DNA of 20,000 nucleotides from the sequence record DRR723986_1848. One strand, 5' to 3'. Shown here piece by piece: positions 8,179 to 19,700 of the stretch. Positions within the stretch are counted from its first letter, which is position 1. Every line of letters begins with the position of its first letter. Made by a program: the position numbers and the translations under genes. Under the pieces are notes generated by a model. The model ran no database searches. It had not been told where the DNA came from and worked only from the letters and a program-made list of their open reading frames with translations.

Positions 8179-9633
8179 ATGAGAAAACTTCTGACTGTCT
8201 GGCTTGCGGCCGCAGCACTGGGTTTCAGTGTTGCCAGTCCCGGTGTATTTGCTCAGGAAACCCCTGTAGCGCCTGCCACCGAAGCCACCGAAACAATGGC
8301 TGCTCCCGTCGAGGCAGCTCCTGCCGAAGCGCCTGCCGCTGAAGCTCCCATGGCCGCAGAAGCTGCTCCCGCAGAAGAAGCTGCCCCAGCTGTTGAACAA
8401 ACAGTGAACAAAGGCGATATCACCTGGATGATGGTCGCGACTATTTTGGTTATCTTCATGACCATTCCTGGCTTGGCATTGTTCTACGGCGGCTTGGTCC
8501 GCGCAAAGAACATGTTGTCTGTGCTGATGCAGGTAATGTCCGTGTTCTGTCTGATCGTGGTGTTGTGGGCTGTATACGGCTACAGCTTGACTTTCGGCGG
8601 TGGTGACAATCCGTTCGTGGGCAACTTCAGCAAACTGTTCTTGAGCGGCGTGACACCTGACTCCCTGTCAGCCACGTTCACTGAAGGCGTGATGATCCCT
8701 GAATTCATTTTCATCGCATTCCAGTCCACATTCGCGGCCATTACCTGTGCCCTGATCGTGGGTGCATTCGCCGAGCGCATCAAGTTTTCTGCAGTGTTGC
8801 TGTTCTGTGCAATCTGGTTCACTTTCAGCTACGTGCCAATCGCTCACATGGTGTGGGACGCTGCTGGTTTCATCTTCGCAGATGGCGCAATCGACTTCGC
8901 TGGCGGTACAGTGGTTCACATCAACGCTGCAGTTGCAGGTTTGGTGGGTGCTTACATGATCGGCAAGCGTGTTGGTTACGGCAAGGAAGCCATGACTCCA
9001 CACAGCCTGACATTGACCATGGTTGGTGCATCCATGCTGTGGGTGGGTTGGTTCGGTTTCAACGCTGGTTCCAACCTGGAAGCCAACGGTGGTGCAACAT
9101 TGGCCTTCATCAACACATTGTTGGCAACTGCTGCCGCAACACTGAGCTGGGCCGCTGCTGAAGCACTGCTGAAAGGCAAGGCGTCCATGCTGGGTGCCGC
9201 TTCCGGTGCAGTGGGTGGTCTGGTTGCGATCACACCAGCCTGCGGCACAATCGGCCCAATGGGAGCTCTGATCCTTGGCTTGATGGCTGGCCCAATCTGT
9301 CTGTGGGGCGTGACTGGTCTTAAGAAGATGTTGGGTGCAGACGATGCACTGGACGTGTTCGGTGTACACGGCGTAGGCGGTATCTTGGGCGCCTTGATGG
9401 TAGGTGTGTTGTCTGCACCTAGCCTGGGCGGCACCATGGGTGACGACTTCGTAATCGCTTCCCAGTTGGCAGTGCAGGCCAAGGGCGTGGTGATCACTAT
9501 CGTTTGGTCTGGTATCGTGGCTGCAATCTCCTTCAAGCTGGTAGACCTCATCGTTGGCCTGCGTGTGTCTGAAGATGCAGAGCGCGAAGGTCTGGACATC
9601 ACCTCTCACGGTGAAACAGCCTACAGCAAGTAA
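8179..9633 (+). CDS. amtB: Ammonium transporter AmtB
   Basis: PGLALFYGG, DFAGGTVVH, WFGFNAGS, DDALDVFGVHG and EREGLD..HGE. Signal peptide present. Confidence 0.97.
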   Translation: MRKLLTVWLAAAALGFSVASPGVFAQETPVAPATEATETMAAPVEAAPAEAPAAEAPMAAEAAPAEEAAPAVEQTVNKGDITWMMVATILVIFMTIPGLALFYGGLVRAKNMLSVLMQVMSVFCLIVVLWAVYGYSLTFGGGDNPFVGNFSKLFLSGVTPDSLSATFTEGVMIPEFIFIAFQSTFAAITCALIVGAFAERIKFSAVLLFCAIWFTFSYVPIAHMVWDAAGFIFADGAIDFAGGTVVHINAAVAGLVGAYMIGKRVGYGKEAMTPHSLTLTMVGASMLWVGWFGFNAGSNLEANGGATLAFINTLLATAAATLSWAAAEALLKGKASMLGAASGAVGGLVAITPACGTIGPMGALILGLMAGPICLWGVTGLKKMLGADDALDVFGVHGVGGILGALMVGVLSAPSLGGTMGDDFVIASQLAVQAKGVVITIVWSGIVAAISFKLVDLIVGLRVSEDAEREGLDITSHGETAYSK

Positions 9634-9685
9634 ATACACTCTCCACTTAGGTGGAATCCTTCAGCCCGGGGTAAAGGGCTGATTC

Positions 9686-9710
9686 AAAGGCACCTTCGGG
9701 TGCCTTTTTT
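9686..9710 (+). terminator. Rho-independent terminator after amtB
   Basis: AAAGGCACC-TTCG-GGTGCCTTT followed by further Ts. Confidence 0.9.
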
Positions 9711-9796
9711 GCTTCACCCCCCGATTTTCCCTCCTCAATGTGGCGGTGCAGCGTTTTGGATTACACTTGGCGAAGTGTCTTACCCAGAGAATGTTG

Positions 9797-11086
9797 ATGG
9801 TTCCACATCTTGTAACTGCTTTAACCGGTCCACTGTTGGATCTTGAAAAACGAATGCTCGACAAGACCACTGAAATTGAGCGGTGGTTTCGCATGGCCTG
9901 GAATGAGAACACGCCGCCTTTTTACAGTTCAGTGGATGTGCGCAATGCAGGTTTCAAGCTTGCGCCTGTTGACACCAACCTGTTTCCTGGCGGTTTCAAC
10001 AATCTCGCCCCCGACATGATGCCGCTGGCCATTCAGGCCGCCGTGAGTGCCATTGACAAAATTTGTCCGGAAGCGCGCAGCATGGTGCTGGTACCGGAGA
10101 ACCACACCCGCAACACCTTTTACCTCACCAATGTGGCCCGCTTGGCTGCCATTTTGAAGCAAACCGGTCTGGATATTCGTCTGGGTTCCGTGTCGCCCGA
10201 CATCACCGAACCGACCCGTTTTGATTTGCCGGATGGTCAGCACATTGTGCTGGAACCGCTCAAGCGCTACGGTAGCCGGGTTGGTGTTGATGGGTTGGAG
10301 CCATGTGCGGTGTTGTTGAACAACGATCTTTCCGCAGGTGTTCCTCCAATTCTGCAAGGCATTAAAGACCAAATCCTGTTGCCCCCTTTGCATGCTGGTT
10401 GGGCCACCCGCCGCAAGAGTACGCACTTCAAAGCCTATGATTCAGTCGTTGAGGCTTTTTCTGAAATGCTGGAAATTGATCCCTGGTTGATCAACCCGTA
10501 TTTCACGCACCGCAATCAGTTGAATTTTCAGGAGCGCGTGGGTGAAGAGGCCCTGGCGCAGGCTGTCGATGAGGTGCTTGCCAAAACACGCATCAAATAC
10601 GCTGAATACGGCATAGACGAGCAGCCTTATGTGGTGGTCAAGGCTGATGCAGGCACCTACGGCATGGGCATCATGACTGTAAAGGACGCCTCGGAAGTGG
10701 TTGGCCTGAATCGCAAGCAGCGCAACAAAATGTCGGTGATCAAAGAGGGCCTGCAGGTGTCCGACGTGATTATTCAAGAAGGTGTGCACACCTTCGAGAG
10801 CATTGAAGACGCCGTGGCCGAGCCTGTGGTTTACATGATCGACCGCTATGTGGTGGGCGGTTTTTACCGAGTGCACACTGGCCGTGGCCGCGATGAAAAC
10901 CTGAATGCACCTGGCATGCACTTTGTGCCTTTGGCATTTGAAACGCCATGTAACACACCCGACTGCAGTGATCGCCCCGACGCCGCGATGAACCGTTTCT
11001 ATGCTTATGGCGTAATCGGCCGTCTGGCCGCGTTGGCTGCTTCGCAAGAGCTGGAGGCTACAGCAGGTATGGAGTTGGCCGCATGA
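9797..11086 (+). CDS. gshA: Glutamate--cysteine ligase (Betaproteobacteria-type GshA)
   Basis: MVPHL start (9797; alternative ATG 9791), PFYSSVDVRNAGFKLAPVDTNLFPGGFNNL and KADAGTYGMG. Overlaps gshB. Confidence 0.93.
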   Translation: MVPHLVTALTGPLLDLEKRMLDKTTEIERWFRMAWNENTPPFYSSVDVRNAGFKLAPVDTNLFPGGFNNLAPDMMPLAIQAAVSAIDKICPEARSMVLVPENHTRNTFYLTNVARLAAILKQTGLDIRLGSVSPDITEPTRFDLPDGQHIVLEPLKRYGSRVGVDGLEPCAVLLNNDLSAGVPPILQGIKDQILLPPLHAGWATRRKSTHFKAYDSVVEAFSEMLEIDPWLINPYFTHRNQLNFQERVGEEALAQAVDEVLAKTRIKYAEYGIDEQPYVVVKADAGTYGMGIMTVKDASEVVGLNRKQRNKMSVIKEGLQVSDVIIQEGVHTFESIEDAVAEPVVYMIDRYVVGGFYRVHTGRGRDENLNAPGMHFVPLAFETPCNTPDCSDRPDAAMNRFYAYGVIGRLAALAASQELEATAGMELAA

Positions 11087-12045
11087 GCAGTCGGAGTTTT
11101 GTGTGCGTCATTGATCCGCTCACCAGCCTGAATCCGAAAAAAGATTCCTCCATCGCCATGATGGAATCGGCGCAATCGCGTGGCTGGAAAGTGGGCGTGA
11201 TCGAGGATGGAGGCATGCATTGGGCGACTGGTGTTGGTGTTCGCGCCCAGGTGGTGTGGATTGCAATTGACCGGGCCAGCAAGCCTTGGTATTCCGAGGT
11301 GGGTCGTGAAGAGGTTGCATTGAAAGACCTTGATGCCATCATCATGCGCAAAGACCCACCGTTCGATGCCGAGTTTGTGACCGCTACCTGGCTTCTTGAA
11401 CAGGGCGAGCGTGAGGGTGCGCGAGTGTTCAATAGTCCGCGGGCCATTCGTGATCACAACGAAAAATTCACCATTGCCCAGTTTGAACAATTTGTAGTGC
11501 CTACCCTGGTTTCGCGCAACGCCGCCCAGCTTCGCGGTTTTCTGGAACAACATCCTGATGCCATTGCCAAACCTCTGGATGGCATGGGCGGCACGTCAAT
11601 TTTTCGCATGAAGAAAGGCGATCAAAACGTGGGCGTAATACTGGAAACCCTGACCGACTATGGCCGCAAAACCGCCATGATTCAGCGCTATATTCCCGAC
11701 ATTGTGGACGGCGACAAACGTGTGTTACTCATCAATGGCGAGCCGGTACCTTATTGTCTGGCACGATTACCCAAAGAGGGTGAGCACCGAGGTAACCTGG
11801 CTGCGGGGGGCACAGGCAGGGCACAGCCCTTGAGTGAAAGCGACTGGCACATTGCCCGCACATTGGCACCCGAATTGAAAAAGCGAGGGCTATTGCTGGT
11901 GGGACTGGACATCATCGGGCAGAACCTCACCGAGGTGAATGTCACAAGCCCCACCTGCTTTCGCGAGATCATGGATCAAACCGGATTTCCCGTGGCAGAC
12001 ACTTTCGTGCAAGCCGTTGAAACAGCCTTGCAGGAGAAGCACTGA
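11083..12045 (+). CDS. gshB: Glutathione synthetase
   Basis: KKDSS, MRKDPPFD, KPLDGMGG, RGNLAAGG and EVNVTSPT. Confidence 0.96.
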   Translation: MSSRSFVCVIDPLTSLNPKKDSSIAMMESAQSRGWKVGVIEDGGMHWATGVGVRAQVVWIAIDRASKPWYSEVGREEVALKDLDAIIMRKDPPFDAEFVTATWLLEQGEREGARVFNSPRAIRDHNEKFTIAQFEQFVVPTLVSRNAAQLRGFLEQHPDAIAKPLDGMGGTSIFRMKKGDQNVGVILETLTDYGRKTAMIQRYIPDIVDGDKRVLLINGEPVPYCLARLPKEGEHRGNLAAGGTGRAQPLSESDWHIARTLAPELKKRGLLLVGLDIIGQNLTEVNVTSPTCFREIMDQTGFPVADTFVQAVETALQEKH

Positions 12046-12509
12046 TGTTGGGCTTGGTGCTGGTGACTCATGCGCCTTTGGGTGACGCCATTGCCCAATG
12101 CGTGAAACACGTGATGGGTTCTTTGCCTGATGGACTGGCTGTGGTGGATGTGCCTGCGGATGAAGACATTGAACAGTCTGTGCAGCGCATTCAAGCCGCT
12201 GCGCGGCAGGTTCATGCGGGTGAAGGTGTGGTGTTTTTGACTGACCTGTTTGGTGCAACTCCTTCCAATGCCGCGGTGCGTGCTGGCGTGGAATCGTTGA
12301 ATTTGCCGACTGTGCTGGTCTCGGGCTGCAATCTACCCATGGTGCTGCGTGCACTTGGGTTTCGGGATTTGCCCATCAATGACGTGGCCGAACGTTTGGT
12401 CATGGGCGGCCGAAACGGTATCGTAAGCACTGGTGCAACAGCGCCACAACGTCAAACCTTTAACCCGGCGAAGAACGATGATTCAGCAAGAAATCACCAT
12501 CAGCAATAA
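12045..12509 (+). CDS. PTS EIIA component (mannose/fructose-type)
   Basis: LVLVTH, LTDLFGATPSN and GCNLPMVL. Confidence 0.9.
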   Translation: MLGLVLVTHAPLGDAIAQCVKHVMGSLPDGLAVVDVPADEDIEQSVQRIQAAARQVHAGEGVVFLTDLFGATPSNAAVRAGVESLNLPTVLVSGCNLPMVLRALGFRDLPINDVAERLVMGGRNGIVSTGATAPQRQTFNPAKNDDSARNHHQQ

Positions 12510-12747
12510 ACTGGGCCTGCATGCGCGGGCTTCGGTCAAACTGACACAGACGGCCAGCCGTTTTCAGTCCGAAGTGTGGATTGGCAAGGCAGGCCGGCGC
12601 GTGAATGCAAAAAGTATCATGGGTGTCATGATGTTGGCCGCAGGGAAAGGACACAATGTGCTTCTTGAAGCGGAGGGCAGTGACGAGGCTGAAGCCATCG
12701 CCGCACTGGTGGCCTTGATTGATGACAAATTTGGCGAAGGCGAGTAA
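12478..12747 (+). CDS. ptsH: Phosphocarrier protein HPr/NPr
   Basis: NKLGLHARAS and NAKSIMGVMMLAA. The start is placed at ATG 12478 rather than the ORF-track start at 12433. Confidence 0.94.
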   Translation: MIQQEITISNKLGLHARASVKLTQTASRFQSEVWIGKAGRRVNAKSIMGVMMLAAGKGHNVLLEAEGSDEAEAIAALVALIDDKFGEGE

Positions 12748-12750
12748 ACC

Positions 12751-14502
12751 ATGACCCTGGCCTTGCATGGCATTGCAGTATCAAGAGGCATTGCAGTCAG
12801 CCGAGCCCTGGTTTGGGACACGGCGATGCGGGACATTCCCCGCAATCGCATTGAAAAAAAATCCGTTCGTTTCGAGAAAAAGAGATTCGACAACGCGGTC
12901 AAACGCGTCGCTGATGAGTTGGTTGAAATTCGCAGTCAAATTGCAGCTGACTCCCCTGCAGAGTTCGATGCGTTCCTGAACTTGCACAGCCTGATTCTGG
13001 CCGACCCGATTCTGTCCGAAGAGCCCAAAAACCTGATTCAAAGCAAGTTGATCAATGCCGAGTGGGCGCTGATCGAGCAAATGGAAGTGCTCTTGGAGCA
13101 GTTTTCCGCCATTGAGGATGATTACTTCCGCGAGCGCAACAGCGATGTGCGTCAAGTGGTTGAGCGCATTCTGAAATCACTGCGAGGTCATGCCACAGCT
13201 CTGCCCTTGCCTCCCGAGGGTGAGAATGAAGACCCCTGGCTGATTGTTGCGCACGATATTTCGCCAGCCGATATGGTGCAACTCAAAGGCCGCCGCGTGG
13301 GCGCTTTCGTGACCGAGATGGGTGGTGCAACCTCTCACACCGCGATTGTGGCGCGCAGCCTTGGCATACCTGCGGTCGTGGGTGTGCCGCGCGCGCTCGA
13401 GTATGTGCACAACGGCGATTTGGTGGTGGTCGACGGCAAGGTAGGTGCCGTGTTTCTGGACCCCGCTGCGATGGTGGTGGACGAGTACCAGCGCAAACAG
13501 GCCATTTTGGCTTTGTCGCGCCAGCGCCTGAAGCGGCTGATTACCACCGAAGCGCGAACCCAATGCGGCCGTCGAATTGAGTTGCTGGCCAACATTGAAT
13601 TGCCCGAGGACGTGAAAGGCGTGGTGGATGCGGGGGCCGATGGTGTAGGCCTGTTCCGGTCCGAATTCCTGTTCATGAACCGCAAGGAATGGCCTTCTGA
13701 GGATGAGCAGTATGAGGCGTACCGAAAGGTAATCAAGGCCATGAAAGGCAAGCCGGTCACAGTTCGGACACTGGATTTGGGCGCTGACAAAACCCTGCAG
13801 TTTGATGGGGCCAACAGCAGTGCGCCACCCGTGTCCAGCACTTCAGCGCTGGGGTTGCGTTCCATTCGCTTCAGTTTGGCTGAGCCCGCCATATTTCTCA
13901 CCCAAATTCGCGCCTTGTTGCGGGCTGCCAAGCATGGTCCAGTCAAAATCCTTTTGCCGATGCTCACCAACATTCGGGAAACCAAACAAGCTTTGGCCTA
14001 CATTGATATGGCGCGTGAACAATTGCTCGAGCGCCGTTTTCAGGCCAATCAGGCCGTGCCAATCGGCGGCATGATCGAAGTGCCCGCGGCTGCGCTCAGC
14101 CTGCCGCATTTCTTGAATTATCTGGATTACGTGTCGATCGGCACCAACGATTTGATTCAATACACGCTGGCAGTTGACCGGGTCGATCACCAGGTGGCGC
14201 ACTTGTACGACCCCCTCCACCCCGCGGTGTTAAGGCTTGTCTTTGAGGTCATCTCCAGCGCTGAAAAAGCGGGCGTGCCTGTGAGCGTATGTGGTGAAAT
14301 GGCGGGCGATATTCGCCTGACCCGCTTGTTGCTGGGCATGGGCCTTACCCAGTATTCCATGCACCCGTCGCAGTTGTTGGATGTGAAAGAGTTGCTGCTG
14401 AAAACCGATTTTGAGGCCACGCAAAAATTGGTCAAAAAAGTGACTCGGTCATTTGACATCGATAAAATTGATGCCCTGATGCATCAATTGCACGAAGACT
14501 GA
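12751..14502 (+). CDS. ptsI: PEP-protein phosphotransferase (Enzyme I)
   Basis: GGATSHTAIVAR, GVGLFRSEFL, SIGTNDLIQY and VCGEMAG. No N-terminal GAF domain. Confidence 0.95.
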   Translation: MTLALHGIAVSRGIAVSRALVWDTAMRDIPRNRIEKKSVRFEKKRFDNAVKRVADELVEIRSQIAADSPAEFDAFLNLHSLILADPILSEEPKNLIQSKLINAEWALIEQMEVLLEQFSAIEDDYFRERNSDVRQVVERILKSLRGHATALPLPPEGENEDPWLIVAHDISPADMVQLKGRRVGAFVTEMGGATSHTAIVARSLGIPAVVGVPRALEYVHNGDLVVVDGKVGAVFLDPAAMVVDEYQRKQAILALSRQRLKRLITTEARTQCGRRIELLANIELPEDVKGVVDAGADGVGLFRSEFLFMNRKEWPSEDEQYEAYRKVIKAMKGKPVTVRTLDLGADKTLQFDGANSSAPPVSSTSALGLRSIRFSLAEPAIFLTQIRALLRAAKHGPVKILLPMLTNIRETKQALAYIDMAREQLLERRFQANQAVPIGGMIEVPAAALSLPHFLNYLDYVSIGTNDLIQYTLAVDRVDHQVAHLYDPLHPAVLRLVFEVISSAEKAGVPVSVCGEMAGDIRLTRLLLGMGLTQYSMHPSQLLDVKELLLKTDFEATQKLVKKVTRSFDIDKIDALMHQLHED

Positions 14503-14591
14503 TCCAGCAACCGGCCCGCCCTTAAAGCCCGTTTGCGATTTATACTCAAGGGCTTGCGAAAACCAACCACCAACCAAAGAAACGCCGTATT

Positions 14592-15728
14592 GTGTCTGCC
14601 AACCAGTCCGTGGGCTTCGTAAAGCCCGAGCTTATTGAATTTACTGCACCGCTGTTGCTGGAGTGCGGAAAATCCCTGCCCAGTTATTCGCTGATGGTTG
14701 AAACGTATGGCACACTCAATGCCGAGAAAAGCAATGCTGTGCTGGTGTGCCACGCATTGAATGCCTCTCACCATGTGGCAGGTCTGTACGAAGGGCAAGA
14801 CAAGAGTGAGGGCTGGTGGGACAACATGGTGGGCCCGGGAAAGCCGCTGGATACCAACCGGTTCTTCGTGATTGGCGTGAACAACCTGGGTTCATGCTTT
14901 GGTTCTACCGGCCCCAGCAGCATCAACCCGGAAACCGGTAAACCCTATGGCGCCGACTTTCCGTTTGTCACTGTTCAAGACTGGGTGAATGCGCAGGTGC
15001 GGCTGGCAGATTACTTTGGCATCGAAAAGTTTGCTGCAGTCATGGGGGGCAGCCTGGGCGGCATGCAGGCCCTGCAATGGAGCCTCAGCTACCCCGACCG
15101 CGTGGGTCACTGCATGGTGATTGCCTCAACTCCAAAGCTGAGCGCACAGAACATTGCCTTTAACGAAGTGGCGCGCCAGGCCATCGTGACCGATCCCGAT
15201 TTTCATGGCGGCAATTATTATGAGCACGGCGTGGTACCCAAGCGCGGTTTGCGACTGGCTCGAATGATCGGCCACATCACCTACTTGAGCGGCGACGACA
15301 TGGCCGAAAAGTTTGGCCGCACCCTGCGCAACGGTGATTACAATTACGGGCTGGAGGTGGACTTCCAGGTGGAAAGCTACCTGCGCTACCAAGGCGACAA
15401 GTTTGCAGATTACTTTGATGCCAACACCTACTTGCTGATTACCAAAGCGCTCGATTATTTTGACCCCGCGCGCCACACGGGTGGCGACTTGGCCAAAGCG
15501 CTTGAAGCGGCCAAAGCCAAATTTTTACTGGTCAGCTTTACCACCGACTGGCGTTTTGCCCCCGAGCGAACCCGCGAAATCGTGGAGGCCCTCATGGCCA
15601 ACCAGCGCGATGTCACTTACGCGGAAATTGACGCCCCACACGGTCACGATGCATTCTTGTTGACTGACGAGCGCTACCACAATGTGGTGCGTGGCTACTT
15701 TGAGCGCATTGCCAAGGAGCTTGCATGA
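14592..15728 (+). CDS. metX: Homoserine O-acyltransferase MetX
   Basis: [22 protein letters not shown] and HGHDAFL. GTG start. Overlaps metW. Confidence 0.95.
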   Translation: MSANQSVGFVKPELIEFTAPLLLECGKSLPSYSLMVETYGTLNAEKSNAVLVCHALNASHHVAGLYEGQDKSEGWWDNMVGPGKPLDTNRFFVIGVNNLGSCFGSTGPSSINPETGKPYGADFPFVTVQDWVNAQVRLADYFGIEKFAAVMGGSLGGMQALQWSLSYPDRVGHCMVIASTPKLSAQNIAFNEVARQAIVTDPDFHGGNYYEHGVVPKRGLRLARMIGHITYLSGDDMAEKFGRTLRNGDYNYGLEVDFQVESYLRYQGDKFADYFDANTYLLITKALDYFDPARHTGGDLAKALEAAKAKFLLVSFTTDWRFAPERTREIVEALMANQRDVTYAEIDAPHGHDAFLLTDERYHNVVRGYFERIAKELA

Positions 15729-16366
15729 AAACACTGCACGCTGTTCGCCAAGACATACAACCGTTGCCCATCGCAGTGCCCCGGGCCGATCTCGATTTGA
15801 TCGAAAGCTGGGTACCCATGGGCGCACGTGTACTCGATTTGGGTTGTGGTGATGGCTCATTTCTGGCCCGTTTGATGAAAACCCGCAAGGCGACCGGCTA
15901 TGGCGTCGAAATCGACGACACCAATGTGCAGCGCAGCGTCGCCAACGGCATCAATGTCATTCAGCAAGATCTGGAAAAGGGTCTGGCCATGTTCGAGGAC
16001 CATGCCTTTGATGTGGTGATTTTGTCGCAAACCCTGCAAGCCATGCACAACACCGAGCGAATCCTCAAAGAGATCGCCCGGGTTGGGAAAGAAGGCATCG
16101 TCAGCTTCCCCAATTTTGGTCATTGGTACCATGTGTGGTCGATTGCCTTGGGTCGTATGCCGGTGTCCAAACAGATGCCTTATCAGTGGTACAACACCCC
16201 GAATATCCACCTGTGCACCCCCAAGGATTTTGAAGCGCTGGTTGCTCAAATCGGACATAAAGTACTGGGCAAACAACTTTTTTTGAACGGTGAGCCTGTT
16301 GAATTGTTGGGCAATTTGCGCAGCACTTTGGCGGTTTATCGTTTCAAGCCCCAGTTTGCCAACTAG
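15725..16366 (+). CDS. metW: Methionine biosynthesis protein MetW
   Basis: [25 protein letters not shown] and WYNTPNIH. Confidence 0.94.
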   Translation: MKTLHAVRQDIQPLPIAVPRADLDLIESWVPMGARVLDLGCGDGSFLARLMKTRKATGYGVEIDDTNVQRSVANGINVIQQDLEKGLAMFEDHAFDVVILSQTLQAMHNTERILKEIARVGKEGIVSFPNFGHWYHVWSIALGRMPVSKQMPYQWYNTPNIHLCTPKDFEALVAQIGHKVLGKQLFLNGEPVELLGNLRSTLAVYRFKPQFAN

Positions 16367-16375
16367 GCCAACTTC

Positions 16376-16705
16376 ATGAAAAGCCCGCAACCCACCCCGC
16401 TTGAAAACGAGTATTGGCGGCAGGTTAAACGAATCACCGGTCGATTACTGGTGGTGTGGATTGGGCTGATTCTTGGTGTGGTTCTGTTTATTCCCCAACT
16501 CGGTATCACGGTGTATGGGGTTCCCTTGACTTACTGGGTCATCTCCAGTGTGCTGCTTTTGAGTTTTTTAGGATTGGTGGCCTGCTACGCGTGGCGCATG
16601 GATAGGTTAGAATTGAAATTCAAACGAGCGGTGGAAAACAACCGCAACTATCTTGGAGACACGAATGAAGAGCAGCACCGGCGAGGTGGGAAAGCCCCTC
16701 ACTGA
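16376..16705 (+). CDS. Small membrane protein, DUF4212-like (solute symporter small subunit family)
   Basis: YW...LLVVW, GVPLTYW and YAWRMDRLE, with two hydrophobic helices. Confidence 0.7.
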   Translation: MKSPQPTPLENEYWRQVKRITGRLLVVWIGLILGVVLFIPQLGITVYGVPLTYWVISSVLLLSFLGLVACYAWRMDRLELKFKRAVENNRNYLGDTNEEQHRRGGKAPH

Positions 16706-19700
16706 CACCAAAGGCACGCCACTGCGTTTTGTAACCGGTTCGTCCCTGTTTGACGGACACGATGCAGCAATCAACATGATTCGCCGTTTGTTGCAAAGCC
16801 AAGGTGCTGAAGTCATTCACTTGGGGCACAACCGTTCCGTTCAGGAATTGGTGGACGCCGCTATACAGGAAGATGCCGACGGCCTGGCCGTGAGCTCCTA
16901 TCAAGGCGGGCACAATGAATTTTTCAAATACATGGTGGACGAGCTAAAAGCTCAAAACGCCGGCCATATTCAGGTGTTTGGCGGCGGCGGTGGTGTTATT
17001 TTGCCCGCCGAAATCGAAGCCCTTCAAGCCTATGGTGTGAATCGGATTTACAGCCCCCAAGATGGCCAGAAAATGGGCCTGGAGGGCATGATCGGCGACA
17101 TGATCGCCCGCGCGGCACAAGTGCGCGATGCCCGCAAAAAGATTGACACGGCTTGCACACCTCAAAGCATCAAGGCCTTGGCCAACGACTGGCCGCTGCT
17201 GACCCAACTGATTACCCGCCTTGAGCGTGACGAAGTGCCTGCTGCCGATTTGGAAGTGATTCGCGAGCAAGCCAAAGCCAGTAAAACCCCAGTGTTGGGC
17301 ATTACCGGTACGGGTGGCGCAGGCAAGTCGAGCCTGACTGATGAGCTGATTCGCCGCCTGCGCATGGACCATGGTGATGACCTGACCATTGGCGTGGTGT
17401 GTGTAGACCCTTCCCGCCGTAAAACCGGCGGTGCATTGCTGGGCGATCGCATCCGGATGAATGCCATTGGCCCTTGGGCTGGCAATGGCCCCAAAGTATT
17501 CATGCGCTCACTGGCCACCCGCGATTCCGCTCAGGAAGTACCCGCTACTCTGCCAGATATTATTGCCTTGTGTCGCGCTACGGGTTTTGATGTGGTGCTG
17601 ATTGAAACTCCGGGCATTGGCCAGGGCGATGCGGCCATCGTGCCGCATGTGGATTTCAGCCTGTATGTGATGACACCGGAATACGGTGCAGCCAGCCAGC
17701 TTGAAAAAATCGACATGCTGGATTTTGCCGATTTTGTGGCGGTGAACAAATTTGACCGCAAGGGCGCACTCGATGCCCTGCGGGATGTGTGCAAACAGGT
17801 GCAGCGTAACCGCATGGCTTTTACCAGCATGCCCGACACCATGCCTGTGTACGGCACGCTGGCCAGCCGGTTTAACGACGATGGTGTCAGCGCCCTGTAT
17901 AAAGCATTGCGCGCAGCCCTGCCCATTGCCAAGCCTTCCAAAGGCTTGTTCAATTCAATCGACACCAAACATTCCACCACCCTGAAAGCCGTAGTGCCTT
18001 CCGAGCGCGTGCGTTATCTGGCTGAAATCGCACAGGCTGTACGCAGTTACAAGGCGCAAGTACAAAAAGACGTGGCTGCAGTGTACGACCTGGAATGCAT
18101 GCAACGTGCCCAAGCCCTATTGCTTGAACACAAGCCTGACAAAACCAAGGCGGTGGAAGCGCTGGATGACATTGTCGAACTGACGAACACTCGAATCAGC
18201 ATGGCTGCGCAAAAGGCCATGAAAGACTATTCAAAGCTGACTGAGGGTTACCAAGGCGACACGCTGACCTATGAAGTGCGCGGCAAGGCCCTGCAAGCAC
18301 CGTTGACCGTGACTTCGCTCAGTGGCCTGAAAATCAATCGCGTCAGTCTGCCCAAGTTCACCAGTCGGGCCGACCTGCTGAAATTCGTGATGCTGGAAAA
18401 CCTGCCGGGTTATTTCCCCTTCACCGCAGGCGTGTTCCCCGTGAAGCGGGAAGGCGAGGACCCTACCCGCATGTTTGCCGGTGAGGGCGACCCCGCACGC
18501 ACCAACCGCCGTTTCAAAATGCTCAGCAGTGCAAGCGATGCCAAGCGATTGTCGACTGCTTTTGACTCGGTCACCCTGTACGGTTTTGATCCCGACCTGC
18601 GCCCCGACATTTACGGCAAGGTGGGCACCAGCGGTGTAAGTGTGGCCACGCTAGACGATATGAAAGTGTTGTACAGCGGCTTTGATTTGTGCGCTCCAAG
18701 CACCAGCGTGTCCATGACCATCAACGGCCCTGCACCCAGTATTTTGGCCATGTTCCTGAACACCGCCATTGATCAGCAGGTGGACCTGTTCACAGCCAAA
18801 AACAAGCGCGCACCGAATGCGGATGAATATGCAAACATCAAGGCCAGCACCTTGAAGGCAGTGCGCGGCACCGTGCAAGCGGACATTTTGAAAGAAGATC
18901 AAGGCCAGAACACTTGTATTTTCTCGACTGAATTCAGCCTGCGCGTGATGGGCGACATTCAGCAATACTTCATCGACCATGAAGTGCGTAACTTCTACAG
19001 CGTGTCGATCAGCGGTTATCACATTGCCGAGGCCGGGGCCAACCCGATTTCGCAACTTGCCTTTACGCTTTCGAACGGCTTCACATTTGTGGAGGCCTAC
19101 CTGGCGCGCGGCATGAAGATCGATGACTTTGCGCCGAATTTAAGCTTCTTCTTCAGCAATGGGATGGACCCGGAATACACCGTGCTGGGTCGCGTGGCCC
19201 GTCGCATTTGGGCCATTGCCATGCGCGACAAATACGGTGCGAGCGATCGCAGCCAAAAGCTGAAGTACCACATTCAAACCAGTGGTCGCAGCTTGCACGC
19301 ACAGGAAATTGCGTTCAACGACATACGCACCACCTTGCAAGCCCTGATTGCCGTATACGACAACTGCAACAGCCTTCACACCAACGCCTATGACGAGGCA
19401 GTGACCACGCCGACCGAGGAAAGCGTACGCCGTGCCATGGCCATTCAGTTGATCATCAACAAGGAATGGGGCTTGGCGAAAAACGAAAACTCAAGCCAAG
19501 GAGCTTTCATTATTGAAGAGCTCACTGAATTGGTGGAAGAAGCTGTGTTGGCTGAACTGGACCGCATCAGCGAACGCGGCGGTGTGTTGGGTGCCATGGA
19601 AACAGGCTACCAGCGCAGCAAAATCCAGGAAGAGTCGATGCATTATGAAATCCAGAAGCATGACGGAACCTTGCCAATTGTGGGTGTGAATACTTTCACC

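Noticed and set aside
14503-14591. SAM riboswitch upstream of metX
   Set aside because: I could not match SAM-II or other SAM/SAH riboswitch consensus by eye. Only a short AAGCCC/GGGCTT stem and a TATACT -10-like hexamer are present. An Rfam scan would settle it.
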